NCBI GenBank assembly: GCA_043228905.1
Contig: JBHGNT010000009.1
Location: forward strand, 20,646,001-20,710,000
Reading direction: 5' to 3'
DNA length: 64,000 bases
Source: Azolla caroliniana
Taxonomy: Eukaryota > Plantae > Polypodiophyta
Shown here piece after piece: positions 63,301 to 64,000 of this stretch. Under the pieces are notes generated by a model. That model saw only the letters and a program-made list of their open reading frames with translations, ran no database searches and was not told where the DNA came from. Position numbers and translations under genes: made by a program. Within the stretch, counting starts at the first letter, position 1. Each line of letters begins with the position of its first letter.

Positions 63301-63873
63301 AAAATAAAATGGATGGATAAATCAATAAAAGATGCCACATGGGAACACGAAAATACTCTCAGAACTAATTTCCCTAACTTTCCATTGCAAGAGTGCAATG
63401 TTTTAAAGAGGGGGAGTATGTTACAAGCATGAACATTTAATATCCTGTGGTGAGAATTTACCGTAGTATTCTATACACGTGGATAACTGTGAGGGTTAAA
63501 CGAGAGTGTAAAGAAGGGGATGATTACTTTTAATCCTCGGGATTGAGACAACCCATTAGGTCAAGTGTGAACTTGCCTGGGGGCCTTGGGTATCGCTATA
63601 AATAAGAGGCCTAGCTACCCTCATTTGATCATCTTTTGATTACATCGAGACTCTGCTCTTGTGGTGGGTCAACTCTTGTAGCGAGCGCGCCAACACCAGG
63701 TACGACTCGACGCCACGGCGGTGGTATGGGATGCCGATCAAGGCTCGAGTCCGTCTAGATCCCTTCGCTCGGGGGTGGTCGGGTGGATCGACACCCTTCT
63801 TTCTCTTTCTCCTTTCTATCTATCATTACTTTATCCTTATCTTAAGATTACTTTAGTACCTAGATCTCTAATA
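57304..63873 (+). mobile_element. Chromovirus (Ty3/gypsy with chromodomain), full-length but decayed; LTRs 57304-57758 and 63419-63873
   Basis: 455-bp LTRs with about 16 mismatches by eye. PBS TGGTATCAGA (tRNA-iMet) at 57761, PPT aagagggggag before 63419, TSD tgtgg/tttgg. PR FDSGS, RT FLDD, RNaseH ETDA, integrase SMDF/SDRD/GQTER with GPF, and chromodomain PERILD...IKW...DATWE. Confidence 0.93.
60577..61455 (-). mobile_element. Solo LTR (879 bp) nested in the chromovirus pol, containing two tRNA-like A/B-box modules
   Basis: TGTCG...CGACA termini and 4-bp TSD GCGT. Removing it restores the frame GQTR|KSTKPIVWN. A TATA-like tataagagggg lies on the minus strand. Confidence 0.85.
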
Positions 63874-64000
63874 TTTGGTCTTGTCCTAAAATTATGCAAA
63901 TATGGCAGATAATATTAAGGTTGTTGATATTGATACATGCTAATTGTGTGGTCACTTGGGGTGCGGTTAGGTGGGGCATTCTAGAGGGTCATCTCTTGTA

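Larger units (their letters stand above)
48969..64000 (+). mobile_element. L1-type LINE (ORF1 with zinc knuckle; ORF2 RT and zf-RVT). Pieces: 48969-51238, 55655-57303, 63879-64000; most of the endonuclease is deleted
   Basis: ORF1 has CYRCREIGHIAKAC. ORF2 has FSDHAP, WRPITLLN, LLDFEKAYDRV, PQGCPLAP, FVDDTTL, RYLG and GGLGL. The KHVLW|SCP motif is rejoined across the chromovirus insertion. Confidence 0.88.

Overview
Eukaryotic nuclear DNA from a land plant. A fern is my inference, from the PPR style and transposon families. Four host genes can be spliced out by hand: CWC25 splicing factor (+, 4 exons), a PLS-class PPR protein (-, single ORF), COX19 (-, 3 coding exons, absent from the ORF track) and a class II-like phospholipase A1 (-, 4 exons). 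Most of the rest is nested transposable elements. A ~14.5-kb Mutator-like element carries a SWIM transposase and an Ulp1-like protease; it was invaded by two related Ty3/gypsy elements and a solo LTR. An L1-type LINE is split by two bounded gypsy insertions, one a chromovirus that itself holds a solo LTR. There are also RTE-LINE, hAT and copia remnants, CATAG-ended MITE-like elements, and several satellites. The strongest candidate for something undescribed is a gypsy clade with a tRNA-Trp primer site and a protease upstream of a clean -1 frameshift cassette (GGATTTT-TAG, 6-nt spacer, predicted pseudoknot). A probably related solo LTR carries tandem tRNA-like Pol III boxes. Also notable is an intronic satellite in the lipase gene that duplicates the exon-2 splice acceptor into stop-containing decoys. 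Everything was read by eye; no database searches or folding programs were run.
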